Below, piece by piece: positions 1-9,708 of a stretch of 64,000 nucleotides of DNA. The stretch covers positions 864-64,863 of the forward strand of contig CAISYC010000027.1 in assembly GCA_903889565.1 (NCBI GenBank), in the 5' to 3' direction. The notes beneath the pieces are model-generated. The model was not told the DNA's origin and ran no database searches. It saw only the letters and a program-made list of their open reading frames with translations. The position numbers were made by a program, and so were the translations under genes. This DNA comes from an uncultured beta proteobacterium (GTDB lineage: Bacteria > Pseudomonadota > Gammaproteobacteria > Burkholderiales > SG8-41). Within the stretch, counting starts at the first letter, position 1. Every line of letters starts with the position of its first letter.

Positions 1-95
1 AAGCGGATGAGTGAAACCGGATCCGCCGGATGGCGGTTGCGCTGAGGCCCGACCTCGGGCGAACGACGCCGCGCTTTTCGGTCCTGCTTGCTGAT

Positions 96-521
96 TCAGT
101 GCGCGGCGTTTTTTGCCGTCTTCGCACGCAACTCTTCTTCCTTGCGCAGGATCTCGTCGTTTTCGGTGAGTTCCGGCGTTTCGAACACCTGGCGGATTTC
201 GATTTCTGAATCGGATTCGAACGGGTTCGGGCAGCGCTTGACCCACTCGATCGCTTCTTCGCGCGATTTCACCTGCCACATCCAGTAGCCGGCAATCAGT
301 TCCTTGGTTTCGGCAAACGGCCCGTCGATCACGGTGCGATTTTTGCCGGAGAAGCGGACGCGGGCGCCGCTCGAACTTGGATGCAGGCCCTCTCCTGCAA
401 GCATGACGCCCGCTTTCACCAGTTCCTCGTTGAACGTCATCATGTCCTTGAGCAATTGCTCGTTCGGCATGCCGCCGGCTTCGGATTCCCTGGTTGCTTT
501 TACGATGACCATGACCCGAAT
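96..521 (-). CDS. YciI/DGPF-domain protein
   Basis: Motifs AGEGLHPS and VIDGPFAETKELIAGYW. The SD-like GGGAG precedes ATT-CGG-GTC-ATG; the family start is normally MRVMV. Confidence 0.85.
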   Translation of the reverse strand: MRVMVIVKATRESEAGGMPNEQLLKDMMTFNEELVKAGVMLAGEGLHPSSSGARVRFSGKNRTVIDGPFAETKELIAGYWMWQVKSREEAIEWVKRCPNPFESDSEIEIRQVFETPELTENDEILRKEEELRAKTAKNAAH

Positions 522-627
522 GTTTTTCTCCCTGGTTGCGCGGCGACCCGCTGGCGCTGCTCTACCTCTAGTCGTTCGGCCAATCGACAATTCGACAAGC
601 TGCCGAAATTTTTCATCCCGCTTGTTA

Positions 628-653
628 CCCCCTCTCCCGCGAGGGGTGAGGGG
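628..653. repeat. REP-like palindrome (CCCTCTCCC..GGGTGAGGG family)
   Basis: Intergenic hairpin cccccTctcccgcgaggggtgagggg; same family as about 10 other copies in the window. Confidence 0.65.
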
Positions 654-658
654 ACCTG

Positions 659-2128
659 CTAGTTTGCAGCAGCAAGTTTATTAAATATCTGATCAAGCGC
701 CGCGGCCGCAGAGGAGAGCCGCGCGGTCGCGTCCGCATGCCATTGCCGATCCGTCACTGCCTGCGCGCGTTCGTTGCCGAGCATGCGCGTCACTTCGGCC
801 GGCTGCGGGCCGCCGGTGCCCTGCCGGCCAAACACCGAATACTCCGCGCTGATGATTTCGCGATAGGCCGCTTCATCAAGCGGCAGCGGCTGTTTGTTTT
901 CCGCTTCGTAGATGCGCGCGGCATCGGCATACGGGATCTGCTGCAACGCCAGCCCCCTGCCGCGACCGTGATCGGTCAGCTGTGAGGCGAAATGGTGACC
1001 GATGCGAAACGGCACATCGGCGCGCTGCAGCAGCGCGTCGGCGATTTCGGTGGTGGTCGAATAATCCGCATTCACTTCGGCCAGCGCGCGTTCCTTGCTG
1101 ACGACGAGGCCATCGACGATCTGGCCGAACAGTTTGAACACGAGCAATGCGCGCGCCGGCGGCACCGGATCATAGAGCCGGTAATCGAACATGCCGCTGC
1201 GGTTGTTGTGCGCGAGCAGAAACACGCCCTGCATTTCGCCGAGCATGATCGAGGCCTGCGCGTGCATTTGTTCGATCGCTGCCGGATTGCGCTTCTGCGG
1301 CATGATGCTGGACACGCCGGTGAGTTCGCCGGTGGCGAGCATCAGCCACGGTTGCGGCTGCGCGTAGTGCGCATGCAGATCCTGCGCGAACATGCCGAGT
1401 TGCACCGCGGCGATTGCCAGCGCGCCGGCAACCTCGAGAAAACAATCGACCGGCGCCAGATGATTGGCGTCGTAGGCGTTCTCGATCACGCCGTCGAAGC
1501 CGAGCAGCGCCGCCGTGCGCGCGCGGTCGAGCCTGAAACTCGAAGTGGCGAGCGCCGCCGCGCCGAGCGGATTTTGATTGATGCGCGCATGGGCGCCGAT
1601 CAAACGCTGCGTTTCGCGCGCCAGCGCGCCGGCGAACGCCAGCAGGTAATGCGCCAGTGTCGTCGGCTGCGCCTGCACGCCGTGCGTGTAGGCGGGGATG
1701 ATGGTTTCCACATGCCGGTCGGCCAGCGCCAGCAGTTTGCCGCGGCAGGTCACCAGCGCATCGATTTCTGCGAGCAGGCCGTCGCGCAGATTCATGCGCG
1801 CGATCGCCGAGGCGATGTCCTGGCGGCTGCGTCCGGTGTGCAGGCGCGAAGCGTCGGCCCCCGCCACCGCGATCAGGCGCGGTTCGTAATCCAGATAATC
1901 GGCCGAACGCGTCGGCGGCGTTTTCTTTTCGTCATTGATGATCGAGGCGATGCCGCGCGCGATTTTTTCCGCCAGCGCAGGCGCGACGAGTCCGGTTTCG
2001 GCCAGCATCACGATCGAAGCCTTGTTGATCGCGTCGAGCCACTCGACCGAGCGGCCGCCGCCGCGAAAAACCTCGTTGATATCCATCTTGCCCGATGCGG
2101 AAGCGCTCATCGCCGGAATCCTTTGCAT
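659..2128 (-). CDS. Argininosuccinate lyase-like C-N lyase (aspartase/fumarase superfamily)
   Basis: LHTGRSRQD, PAYTHGVQAQP, SSIMPQKRNP, PFRIGHH motifs; alternative start at 2086. Confidence 0.85.
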   Translation of the reverse strand: MQRIPAMSASASGKMDINEVFRGGGRSVEWLDAINKASIVMLAETGLVAPALAEKIARGIASIINDEKKTPPTRSADYLDYEPRLIAVAGADASRLHTGRSRQDIASAIARMNLRDGLLAEIDALVTCRGKLLALADRHVETIIPAYTHGVQAQPTTLAHYLLAFAGALARETQRLIGAHARINQNPLGAAALATSSFRLDRARTAALLGFDGVIENAYDANHLAPVDCFLEVAGALAIAAVQLGMFAQDLHAHYAQPQPWLMLATGELTGVSSIMPQKRNPAAIEQMHAQASIMLGEMQGVFLLAHNNRSGMFDYRLYDPVPPARALLVFKLFGQIVDGLVVSKERALAEVNADYSTTTEIADALLQRADVPFRIGHHFASQLTDHGRGRGLALQQIPYADAARIYEAENKQPLPLDEAAYREIISAEYSVFGRQGTGGPQPAEVTRMLGNERAQAVTDRQWHADATARLSSAAAALDQIFNKLAAAN

Positions 2129-2459
2129 ACGCGCGGCTGCAGGCTGCGCGCCACGCGCCGAAAGGCGCTGATTGTGCGGTCCGTCACGGCAGCGCGCAAG
2201 CCGATCCGCCGAATTGGCCCCTTCTTACCCCCTTGCTCGCCATCAGCGCTGATGTCGGGCGGGAGTACATTGCAGTCTGAGGGCAGGGTCGGCCCGGTCT
2301 GCGAACGACCGGCGTTTGCGTGTTGCATCCGGGGCCCCGGCGCTTCGAAAAAGCCGGGCGGCGGGGCGGGGAATAGAATTGAGTCATATCAAACAGAAAT
2401 CGGGCATGCGCCGGCAGTCGCGTCAAACCCGATATATTGCGCGCTAGCGAATCACGCCC

Positions 2460-5400
2460 ATGCCCGGCAGAAATAAAACAAATCCGGCCGCAAACCCCGC
2501 CGTCGAACGCGCGCGTTCGACGGCGACCAAACGCGACCGCGTGACCTCGAGCGACCACCTGCTGCGTCTGCTGGTGACCGCCGGCGATGTGCTGCCGTGG
2601 GATCTCGATATCGCGCTTGACCGCTTCCGCTGGGGCGCCTCGCCCGAATGGTTGCTCGGTCCGCTGCCGCAAAATGCCGTCGGCTATCCCGACCTGCGCG
2701 AAATCGTGCATGCCGGCGACCGCGCGCGGCTGCTCGCTGCGCTGGCCGCAGCCAGCGACAAGCGCGGGCCGTTCCAACTCGAATTCCGCATCGATTGCGG
2801 CAACAACGTCATGCGCAATGTGCTGGCGCGCGGACATTCCTCGGCCGATTCGGGCGTGCTGCCGACGCATGTTAACGGCGTGCTGATCGACCTCGGCACG
2901 CGCGCGATCGCGGTGGCGCCCGTCAGCGAACCACCGCTGCCCGCATCAGCACCGCAGGAAAACCAGCAGGCCTTGCTCGACAGCCTGCCCGATGCGGCGT
3001 GGATCAAGAACATCAAAGGCCGGCTCACCGCCGTCAATGCGGCCTTTTGCCGGCGCCACGGCATCACGCCGGAGGCCGCGCTGGGCAAAACCGCCTTCGA
3101 TTTTTATCCGCGCGACGAGGCGGCGAAACTGCTGCGCGAAGACAGCGAGGTGGTCACCACGCGACAGCCGCTGCGCTACGAAACGAGCCATGAATCCGAT
3201 GGCCGCAGCAGCTGGCTCGAAATCGTCAAATCGCCGCTGTTCGACGGCGCCGGTGCGGTTGCCGGCGTGTTTGCCAGCGCGCGCGACATCACGGCGCGCA
3301 AAATTGCCGAGCAGAATCTGCAGGATTCGGAGCGGCGTTTTCGCATGCTCGCCGAAATGTCCTCCGACTGGTGCTGGGAGCAGGACGCCGAATGCCGCTT
3401 CACCAGCATCACCAGCCGCTCGAACGGTGTGCTCGATTTCAAGGCGATGATCGGCAAGCGGCGCTGGGAAATCGCTGCCGAAGACGTTCAACCCGAATTC
3501 TGGCGCGCGCACCGCGCCACACTCGAAGCGCACCTGCCGTTTCATGATTTCGAATACACCTCGATCCAGCCCGGCGGCGCGCGCCACCGGTTTTTGATCA
3601 GCGGTAAACCGGTCTACGACGAGCGCGGCAAATTCGCCGGCTATCGCGGCGTCGGCAGCGACATCACCGCGCGCAAGGCCGCCGAAGCGGAACTGCGCCT
3701 CGCCAAGGAACGCCTCGAACTCGCGCTCGAAGGCTCGCGCCTCGCGCTGTGGGACACCGATATCGCCACCGGCGCCGTCTATCTGTCCGAGGCGTGGGCG
3801 CACATGCTGGGGCTGCCGGCCGGCGAAACCCGCACCACCACCGCCGAACTGATGGCGCTGGTGCATCCAAACGATCTGGCCGAGGCGACGCGGCTGTCGG
3901 TCGAGACGCTGCGCGGCGAGCGCGACGAGTACATGATGGAACACCGCGTGCACGCGGCCGACGGCAGCTGGCGCTGGATTATCTCTCGAGGCCGCGTCAG
4001 CGCGCGCGACGAGCGCGGCCGCGCGCTGCGCATGAGCGGCACCAATCTCGACATCACCGAGCGCCGCGAAATGGAATCGTCGCTGCGCCTCGCCCTGAGC
4101 CGCAGCGAAGTGCTGCTGCAGACCACGCCGACGGCGATTGCGCTGGTGCGCAACCGCATGTTCGTGCGCTGCAATCCGGCGATGGAACGGCTGTTCGGCG
4201 CCGAAGCCGGCGCGCTGTTCAACCGCAGCACCGATGTTTTGTATCCAAGCATCGAAGACTGGCTCGAAGCCGAGGAAAAATACCGCGAAACGCTGGCGCG
4301 CGGCGAAACCTTCAGCGAGCAGCTCGAATTCATGCGCCAGAACGGCGAACGTTTCTGGGCAGTGGTCGCCGCGCGCGAACTCGAGCCGGGCTCGCCCGAA
4401 GTGCTGTTCACCTTCACCGATGTGACCGCGCAGCAGAACCTGATGCGCGCGATGGTACGCGCCAAGGAAATGGCCGACGCGGCAAGCCAGTCGAAGAGCA
4501 GCTTCCTTGCGACCATGAGCCACGAAATCCGCACGCCGATGAACGGCGTGCTCGGCATGCTCGAGCTGATGGAATTCACCGATCTGAATGTCGAGCAGCG
4601 CGAATCGCTGACGGTGGCGCGCGATTCGGCCACCGCGCTGCTGCGCCTGATCGACGACATTCTCGATTTCTCGAAAATCGAAGCCGGGCAGCTCGAAATA
4701 TGCGCCGAGCCGCTGTCTCTGCAGAGGCTGGCGAGCCGCGCCGCCACCGTCTACGCCGAACTCGCCACGCGCAAGGGCCTGCTGCTCGAACACCGCGTCG
4801 ATCCGCGCATCGCAGCGGCTCATCTGGGCGACGGCTTGCGCATCACGCAGATCATCAACAATCTGCTCTCCAACGCCATCAAGTTCACCACCCGCGGCAA
4901 GGTCACTCTCGAAGCCGATTCGCTGGGCCGCGACGACGGCGCCGAGCAGCTGCGTCTCACCGTGCGCGACACCGGCATCGGCGTTTCCGCCGACGAGCAG
5001 CGCCGCCTGTTCCAGCCCTTCGCGCAGGCCAATGCGGCCACCACGCGCAATTTCGGCGGCACCGGGCTGGGTCTGTCGATCTGCCGGCGCCTGGCCGAAA
5101 TGATGGGCGGCAATATCAGCATGGAAAGCGAAGCCGGCAAGGGCACCACGATGACCGTGCTGCTGCGGCTGCCCGTCAGCGACGCCGCATTGCCCGCCGA
5201 CCGCGACAATGCGCTGCGCGAGGAAATCAACGCGCGCAACCAGGCCGAGGCGATGAGCCACGCGCTGGGCGCGACCATCCTCGTTGCCGACGACCATCCG
5301 GTCAATCTGCGCCTGATGGAGCGTCAGGCGTCGTTGCTCGGCTACGAAGTGGTGCTGGCGCGCGACGGCATCGAGGCGCTGGAGAAATGGAAAAACGGCC

Positions 5401-6050
5401 GCTTCGCCATGCTGGTCACCGACTGCCATATGCCGCGCATGGACGGATATGAACTCGCGCGCGAAATCCGCCGCATCGAGGCCGCCAACGGCGTCGCCAA
5501 TCCGACGCCGATCATCGCCTGCACCGCCAATGCGCTGGCCGGCGACGCTGCTGCCTGCTTCGAGGCCGGCATGAACGATTACCTGTCGAAGCCGACCACG
5601 CTGGAAGCGCTGAAAGCCAAGATCGAACACTGGATCGCGGCCGACGCCGGGGCGCACGGCGACGACACTGCGCCCGCGGCCGCGAGCGCGCCGGCCGCCA
5701 CGCCGGCGACGGCGCTGCTCGATGCCGACACGCTGACCGAATTCACCGGCGGCGACGCCACGCTGCGCCGCGAAATCCTGCGCCAGTTCGTGGCCGCCAA
5801 CGAACCCGACGCGGTCGAGATGCGCGAAACCATCGGCGGCGCCGATTTCGCAGCAATCGCGCGCGTCGCCCACCGCATCAAGGGCGCGAGCCGCATGATC
5901 GGCGCGCAGCCCTATGCCGATGTCGCCGAACGCATGGAACGCGCGGCGCGCAATGCCGACCGCGCCGCGCTCGACGACACGCTCGATGATTTCGAGCACG
6001 AACTCGCGCGCCTCACCGAATATCTGCAAAATGAAACCGCGGCGGCTTAA
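2460..6050 (+). CDS. Cytoplasmic multi-PAS hybrid sensor histidine kinase (PAS x4-5, HisKA, HATPase, REC, HPt)
   Basis: Repeated DIT.RK PAS ends, H-box FLATMSHEIRTPMNG, NLLSNAIKFT, GGTGLGL, REC DCHMPRMDG, HPt AHRIKGAS; no transmembrane segment seen. Confidence 0.92.
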   Translation: MPGRNKTNPAANPAVERARSTATKRDRVTSSDHLLRLLVTAGDVLPWDLDIALDRFRWGASPEWLLGPLPQNAVGYPDLREIVHAGDRARLLAALAAASDKRGPFQLEFRIDCGNNVMRNVLARGHSSADSGVLPTHVNGVLIDLGTRAIAVAPVSEPPLPASAPQENQQALLDSLPDAAWIKNIKGRLTAVNAAFCRRHGITPEAALGKTAFDFYPRDEAAKLLREDSEVVTTRQPLRYETSHESDGRSSWLEIVKSPLFDGAGAVAGVFASARDITARKIAEQNLQDSERRFRMLAEMSSDWCWEQDAECRFTSITSRSNGVLDFKAMIGKRRWEIAAEDVQPEFWRAHRATLEAHLPFHDFEYTSIQPGGARHRFLISGKPVYDERGKFAGYRGVGSDITARKAAEAELRLAKERLELALEGSRLALWDTDIATGAVYLSEAWAHMLGLPAGETRTTTAELMALVHPNDLAEATRLSVETLRGERDEYMMEHRVHAADGSWRWIISRGRVSARDERGRALRMSGTNLDITERREMESSLRLALSRSEVLLQTTPTAIALVRNRMFVRCNPAMERLFGAEAGALFNRSTDVLYPSIEDWLEAEEKYRETLARGETFSEQLEFMRQNGERFWAVVAARELEPGSPEVLFTFTDVTAQQNLMRAMVRAKEMADAASQSKSSFLATMSHEIRTPMNGVLGMLELMEFTDLNVEQRESLTVARDSATALLRLIDDILDFSKIEAGQLEICAEPLSLQRLASRAATVYAELATRKGLLLEHRVDPRIAAAHLGDGLRITQIINNLLSNAIKFTTRGKVTLEADSLGRDDGAEQLRLTVRDTGIGVSADEQRRLFQPFAQANAATTRNFGGTGLGLSICRRLAEMMGGNISMESEAGKGTTMTVLLRLPVSDAALPADRDNALREEINARNQAEAMSHALGATILVADDHPVNLRLMERQASLLGYEVVLARDGIEALEKWKNGRFAMLVTDCHMPRMDGYELAREIRRIEAANGVANPTPIIACTANALAGDAAACFEAGMNDYLSKPTTLEALKAKIEHWIAADAGAHGDDTAPAAASAPAATPATALLDADTLTEFTGGDATLRREILRQFVAANEPDAVEMRETIGGADFAAIARVAHRIKGASRMIGAQPYADVAERMERAARNADRAALDDTLDDFEHELARLTEYLQNETAAA

Positions 6051-6085
6051 AATGAACCCTAACGCTCCAAAGCACAGGCCATGAC

Positions 6086-7276
6086 ATGAACATCGCCGAT
6101 CTGCACTTTCTGGTTGCCGAAGACCACGACTTCCAGCGCCGCACGCTGGTCGCTTCGTTGAAATCACTCGGTGCACAACACATCCGCGAGGCCGCCGACG
6201 GCCGCATCGCGCTCGATTTCTTCACCGATCTGTCGGAACAGGTCGATGTCATCATCTGCGATCTGGAAATGCCGAACATGGACGGCATGGAATTCATCCG
6301 CCACGTCGGCAACGCCGACGCGCCGGTTTCCATCATTCTCACCAGCGCGATGGATCGCAGCGTGATTTCCACCGTCGAAACGATGACGCGCGCCTACGGC
6401 ATCACCCTGCTCGGCGCGATCGAGAAACCGGCGACACCGGCGAAACTGCGCGCGCTGATCGAGCGCCACGGCCAGCAGGTCAAAACCGTCGCGCCCGCCG
6501 CCATCGAAATCCCGGAAGCGGAAATCATCGCCGCCTTCCGGCAGCAGCAGTTCGAGCCGGCATATCAGCCGAAGGTCGATCTGGCGAGCGGCAACGTGGT
6601 CGGCGCCGAAGCGCTGGTGCGCTGGCGCCACCCGCAGCGCGGCGTGCTCTCGCCGTGGGTGTTTCTCGGCGTGATCGAGCGCAACGGCCTGATCGGTGAG
6701 CTGACCTGGATGATGCTGAAGAAATCCGCGCAGACCTGCCTCGCATGGCACAACCACGGCTGGCCGATGAATATTTCGGTCAATCTGTCGCTGACCTCGC
6801 TCGAAGACCTCACACTCGCCGACCGCATCACGCAGACGGTCGAGAAGCAGGGTCTCGCCCCCAGGTACATGACGCTCGAAATCACCGAATCGGCGGCGAT
6901 GACCAATGTGGCAACCTGTCTCGAAGGCCTCGCGCGTCTGCGCATGAAGGGCTTCGGTTTGTCGATCGACGATTACGGCACCGGTTATTCGTCGATGCAG
7001 CAGCTGGGGCGCATTCCGTTCACCGAACTGAAAATCGACAAATCCTTCGTCACCGATTCGGCCGCCAATCCGCAAAACCGCGTGATACTCGAATCCAGCA
7101 TCGACATGGCGCGCAAGCTCGGCCTCAAGACCGTGGCCGAGGGCATCGAAACGCGCAGCGACTGGAACCTCCTGAAGGAACTCGGCTGCACCATCGCGCA
7201 GGGCTATTACATCGCCAAGCCGATGAGCGCCGCCGATTTCCTCGACTGGGTGCCGGAGTGGACGGCGCCGGAATAA
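6086..7276 (+). CDS. REC-EAL response regulator (c-di-GMP phosphodiesterase)
   Basis: N-terminal REC (AEDH..., DLEMPNMDG); EAL domain motifs GAEALVRW, DDYGTGYSS, KIDKSFV, EGIE. Confidence 0.92.
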   Translation: MNIADLHFLVAEDHDFQRRTLVASLKSLGAQHIREAADGRIALDFFTDLSEQVDVIICDLEMPNMDGMEFIRHVGNADAPVSIILTSAMDRSVISTVETMTRAYGITLLGAIEKPATPAKLRALIERHGQQVKTVAPAAIEIPEAEIIAAFRQQQFEPAYQPKVDLASGNVVGAEALVRWRHPQRGVLSPWVFLGVIERNGLIGELTWMMLKKSAQTCLAWHNHGWPMNISVNLSLTSLEDLTLADRITQTVEKQGLAPRYMTLEITESAAMTNVATCLEGLARLRMKGFGLSIDDYGTGYSSMQQLGRIPFTELKIDKSFVTDSAANPQNRVILESSIDMARKLGLKTVAEGIETRSDWNLLKELGCTIAQGYYIAKPMSAADFLDWVPEWTAPE

Positions 7277-7282
7277 CGCACG

Positions 7283-7909
7283 TTACGCCGAAGCGTTGAG
7301 CAACCCCAGCGCCTGAAAGCGCAAATACAATTCACGACAGGCCCAGGCGTCCGTTGCCGCATAGGCGATCTGCGCCGGCGTCAGTTGCGGCGCCGCCCAG
7401 TTCGACGTCGTGTTGCCCTTCGGGATGCGAAAGCCCAGCAGCATGCCGGCGAGATTGCGCACGCCGGTCTGCTTCATGCCGCTGCGGCGTGCAAGCACGC
7501 CGAGATCGAGCACATTGCGCTCGGCAAACGGCAGCACCGCCTTGAGATCCGAGAGGTCGCGTCCCAACGCAACGCCGGCTTTGACCACATGCGACGCTTC
7601 CAGCATTTCGGCCACCACCGGAAACACCTCGCGCCGGCGCAACTGAAAAATGTACACCGTGCGCGCGGTCGCCGCCTGCACCAGCGCCGGCGGGTAACTC
7701 TCGCCCTTGGTGAAGGCGGGCCGCGTTTCGGTGTCGAAACCGATCACCTGTTCGTCGCGCAGATCGGCCAGCGCACGCTCCAGATGCTGCGCGGTCTCAA
7801 CGAGGCAGACCTCGCCCTCGTAACGGCGTACCGGCAATGCGAGCAGATCATCGCGGGAAATTTCGCGGCCGATCTCGCGCAGCGGGTCGTGGGTGGCATC
7901 GGTATTCAT
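7283..7909 (-). CDS. 3'-5' exonuclease domain protein (DEDDy, WRN/EXD2-like)
   Basis: IGFDTET, TSNW, YAATDAW motifs; start MNTDA. Confidence 0.85.
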   Translation of the reverse strand: MNTDATHDPLREIGREISRDDLLALPVRRYEGEVCLVETAQHLERALADLRDEQVIGFDTETRPAFTKGESYPPALVQAATARTVYIFQLRRREVFPVVAEMLEASHVVKAGVALGRDLSDLKAVLPFAERNVLDLGVLARRSGMKQTGVRNLAGMLLGFRIPKGNTTSNWAAPQLTPAQIAYAATDAWACRELYLRFQALGLLNASA

Positions 7910-8020
7910 GTGCCGCCGAGGATAACTGAAATACGCGTTGATGCGCGCGCCGGTTTGCGATTCCCCCCTGTGCGCCGTTATGATGTCGCTCCGCATCGCC
8001 CCCCACACGAGGAGAACATC

Positions 8021-8467
8021 ATGGCCGCCACGCTTTTTCATCATTCGTTTGCCATCAACGATCTCGATCGCGCGCGCAAATTCTACGGTGACATGCTGCA
8101 ATGCCCCGAAGGCCGCAAGATGCCGGGCCGTGTTGATTTCAATTTCTTCGGCCATCACATCGTCGCCCATCTCGCACCGGATGAGGTGGTCGGCGACGCC
8201 GGCAAAAAAATCGGCGGCCAGCTCGCCACCCCGCTGCAGCATTTCGGCGTGGTGATGACGCTCGAGGATTTTCAGAAAACCGCGGCGCGCCTCGAACAGT
8301 TCAACGCAACGTGGATCAACAAGCCGACCATCACCCAGCAGGGCACGGCGCGCGAGCAGATGCTGATGACGGTCAGCGACAACTGCGGCAACGCGATCGA
8401 GTTCAAGGGCCTGAACAACATCACCGACGTTTACGCGGTACCCGAGCGCGAAAAAGCCACGGCCTGA
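8021..8467 (+). CDS. VOC/glyoxalase family protein
   Basis: GAGGAG RBS; FHHSFAINDLDRARKFYG, DFNFFGHHIVAH, HFGVV, GNAIEFKG. Confidence 0.85.
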   Translation: MAATLFHHSFAINDLDRARKFYGDMLQCPEGRKMPGRVDFNFFGHHIVAHLAPDEVVGDAGKKIGGQLATPLQHFGVVMTLEDFQKTAARLEQFNATWINKPTITQQGTAREQMLMTVSDNCGNAIEFKGLNNITDVYAVPEREKATA

Positions 8468-8501
8468 TTAAAACGCCAGGGCGCAACCCGCTGGAAAAAT
8501 A

Positions 8502-9449
8502 ATGTACGCATCGCCGATATCCCGATTCCTGTCATCCGTCATGCTGATGCTCGCCGTTGCCGGCGCCGCGCACGCGCAGTCTTATCCGAACAAACCCGTG
8601 CGCATCGTCACCGCCGCGCCCGGCGGCGGCGTGGATTACACGGCGCGCGTGGTCGGTCAGGGGCTCGGGGCGAAGTTCGGCCAGAGCTTCGTCGTCGAAA
8701 ACCGCGGCGGCGCGGCGACCATCCCCGCTGAAAATGTCGCCGGCGCCGCTGCCGACGGTTACACGCTGCTGTTGCATAACAATACGATCTGGACCGCGCC
8801 GCTGTTCGAAAAACTGCCCGATTACATGGCGAACCTGACGCCGGTGGTGCTCGCCACGCGCTCGCCGAATCTGCTGGTGGTGCATCCGTCGGTGGCGGCG
8901 CGCTCGGTCAAAGAGTTCATCGCGCTGGCGAAAGCGAAACCCGGCGAGCTCAACTACGCCTCGGGTCCGGTCGGCGCCGCGAATTATTTGTCTGCAGAAC
9001 TTTTCAATTTCATGGCGGGCGTGCATCTGGTGCGCGTCGGCTACAAGGGCGGTGCGCCGGCGATGAGCGATCTGATGGGCGGTCAGGTGCAGGTGATGTT
9101 CGCCACCGTCGGCTCGGTGATTCCGCATGTCAAATCGGGCCGCCTCATCGCGCTCGGCGTCACCGGCGCGGAACCGACCACGCTCGCGCCCGGCGTGCCG
9201 ACGATTGCCGCGTCGGGCCTGCCCGGTTATGAACTGATCGCGATCTACGGCCTTTTCGCGCCGGCAAAAACGCCGCCGGCCATCATCGCCAGCCTCAATC
9301 AGGCGACGCGGCAGTTGCTCGAACAGGCCGATATGAAAGAACGGCTGTTCACCGCCGGCATGGAAGCGGGCGGCGGCACGCCGAAGGATTTTGACCTCGC
9401 CGTCAAAAGCGACATCGCGCGCATTGCGCGCATCGTCAAGAAGCCCTGA
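8502..9449 (+). CDS. Bug/TctC tripartite tricarboxylate transporter substrate-binding protein
   Basis: Signal peptide; YPNKPVRIV..APGGGVD, VENRGG, DGYTLL, YKGG.PA. Confidence 0.9.
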   Translation: MYASPISRFLSSVMLMLAVAGAAHAQSYPNKPVRIVTAAPGGGVDYTARVVGQGLGAKFGQSFVVENRGGAATIPAENVAGAAADGYTLLLHNNTIWTAPLFEKLPDYMANLTPVVLATRSPNLLVVHPSVAARSVKEFIALAKAKPGELNYASGPVGAANYLSAELFNFMAGVHLVRVGYKGGAPAMSDLMGGQVQVMFATVGSVIPHVKSGRLIALGVTGAEPTTLAPGVPTIAASGLPGYELIAIYGLFAPAKTPPAIIASLNQATRQLLEQADMKERLFTAGMEAGGGTPKDFDLAVKSDIARIARIVKKP

Positions 9450-9479
9450 TTTTTCCCGACAATCATTTCTGCGATGTAT

Positions 9480-9601
9480 CCCCTCCCCCTTGAGCGGGAG
9501 GCGCTCGCGACACGGCGTTCGCGTAGCGATCCGGGGCGGGAGGTAACTCATTCACTTGGCTTTCACCCCCATCCCTGCCCTCCCCCCGTCAAGGGGAAAG
9601 G
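9480..9601. repeat. Inverted pair of REP-like palindromes
   Basis: cccctcccccttgagcggga... paired with ...ccccccgtcaaggggaaagg. Confidence 0.6.
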
Positions 9602-9708
9602 CGTCCTTCGACTAATCGCGATCATGATGTGTATTACTGGCACCTGAATTGCTTGCAACACAACGACGAAGCCACCTCTGAAAGTCCATCCATGTTGCCG
9701 CGTTCATC

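Noticed and set aside
2946-6176. Very long antisense or alternative-frame ORFs (e.g. 1076 aa here, 13301-15100, 23429-25384, 51152-53329, 57024-58814)
   Set aside because: Shadow ORFs of high-GC coding sequence; no motifs, and they overlap well-supported genes.
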